Positions 34,389 to 35,488 of a DNA stretch of 35,488 nucleotides are shown one piece after another. Source of the DNA: a virus. Lineage: Duplodnaviria > Caudoviricetes. Within the stretch, counting starts at the first letter, position 1. Each line of letters begins with the position of its first letter. The notes below the pieces were generated by a model that worked only from the letters and a program-made list of their open reading frames with translations, did no database searches and was not told the origin of the DNA. The stretch spans positions 1 to 35,488 of IMG/VR virus record IMGVR_UViG_3300005805_000241. The stretch is one strand, 5' to 3'. Position numbers and translations under genes: made by a program.

Positions 34389-35488
34389 GTGCCAAGGATT
34401 AAACCTCATTTATCAGTAGAACAAATTGCAAAGAAGCATCGGGTAGATCCTTCGTTTATTGAAGTTCAATTAAAAATAGGTGAAAAAATTGAGCACGAAC
34501 ATACTAAAGATCATAATCTTGCCAAATATATCGCTCTGCAACATTTGGGCGAAATCCCAGACTATTATACAAGGTTAATAAAGATGGAAAAATCTTCAAA
34601 AAAGTCCCAAAAAGGTAACAAAGTTGTTACCGAAGAGAAAAAAGGTCTTTGGGCAAATATTCACGCACGAAGAAAAAAAGGACTTCCACCAAAAAAACCA
34701 GGACAAAAGGGATATCCAGAAACTTTGAATATTAAAGAAGGTATAAAACAAGCACGTAAAAATGTTGGTGCTAGTAAGTGTTGGACTGGTAAAAAACTTG
34801 GAAACCCACCAACAAAAATGAAAGGTGGTACAGAAGTTCCAAACTGCGTGGCAAAAGAAGAGTTATCTTCAGGTCTAAATTATGACTGGGATACTCCAAT
34901 TCGTGAAAGACCAGATAGATATTGCCCAAAATGTCAAAAACTTGAAACAAGAAGTGAGTGTAAATATGGACCAAGATACTGGGATATGTTTTCTATTCCG
35001 GCAGAAATAATTTCAAGTAAAAAAGACTATAATGTAACTATGCCACATCCTGGAAATTTTCCAGAGTCATATGATCACGAATATTCTATGGCAAGGTCAG
35101 AAATTTCCACAATTATTTCTGCGGCAAAAAGATTAAAGAAAAAAATGAAGGGTGAGGGAAATATTGAAGCGTGGGTACAATCAAAGATTACCAAAGCAGC
35201 AGATTATCTAGATGCTGCAGCAGATTATGTAGATAGTGGTGAAATGAAAGAAGAATCTGAGAGTCTTGTTCTACAAGATTTGAATGGTAATGATTTTGTA
35301 GAAATTATAGATGTAATTAAACCACACCCAATTAGAGTTAAAAAAGAACAGTTTTCTAACTGGAGAGAAGAACTTGAAGAAGATTGGCAATCAGCAAATC
35401 GTAAAGATAGAACTGATGGAATGAGTCGTGAAACAGTTAAAAAATATCGTGATGAAAATCCAGGATCTAAATTACAAACTGCAGTAAC
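34389..35488 (+). CDS. Partial modular protein (at least 366 aa, runs off the window) with N-terminal DUF5661-like domain
   Basis: Hand-translated open frame from GTG 34389 to the window end; EHEHTKDHNLAKYIALQHLGEIPDYYTRL motif followed by several short modules. Confidence 0.8.
   Translation, partial: MPRIKPHLSVEQIAKKHRVDPSFIEVQLKIGEKIEHEHTKDHNLAKYIALQHLGEIPDYYTRLIKMEKSSKKSQKGNKVVTEEKKGLWANIHARRKKGLPPKKPGQKGYPETLNIKEGIKQARKNVGASKCWTGKKLGNPPTKMKGGTEVPNCVAKEELSSGLNYDWDTPIRERPDRYCPKCQKLETRSECKYGPRYWDMFSIPAEIISSKKDYNVTMPHPGNFPESYDHEYSMARSEISTIISAAKRLKKKMKGEGNIEAWVQSKITKAADYLDAAADYVDSGEMKEESESLVLQDLNGNDFVEIIDVIKPHPIRVKKEQFSNWREELEEDWQSANRKDRTDGMSRETVKKYRDENPGSKLQTAV

Noticed and set aside
3706-34974. 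Short antisense and out-of-frame ORFs within GT, gp6, gp7, VrlC-like, gp13 and the last ORF
   Set aside because: Expected by-products of biased codon usage on the coding strand; no RBS, promoter or motif support

Overview
Segment of a T4-like cyanomyovirus genome (Kyanoviridae-like; a freshwater picocyanobacterial host is an inference). All convincing genes are on the + strand. (1) 1-~2820 is a visibly more GC-rich, early-type cassette region of small ORFs. Its intergenic grammar includes a 23-bp quasi-palindrome at a fixed distance from sigma70-like promoters (one bidirectional), extended -10 plus stem-loop junctions, C/A-rich leaders without a Shine-Dalgarno, and a candidate kissing-loop RNA. 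(2) ~2820-5600 is an AT-rich accessory block: AbrB/MazE-like protein, GT-A-like glycosyltransferase flanked by two small paralogs, basic peptide and SAM decarboxylase. (3) 5603-34377 is the late structural module: gp25, gp6, a 4352-aa gp7-like protein, gp8, a VrlC/DUF4815-like protein, small ORFs including an unannotated NblA-like ORF, then gp13, gp14, gp15 and gp16, with T4-type TATAAATA late promoters. (4) A truncated mosaic ORF after gp16 looks like a polyprotein of short modules joined by Glu-ended linkers. No tRNA, rRNA, CRISPR, integrase, transposase or intein was seen. All family assignments come from motif recognition by eye; no database searches were run.
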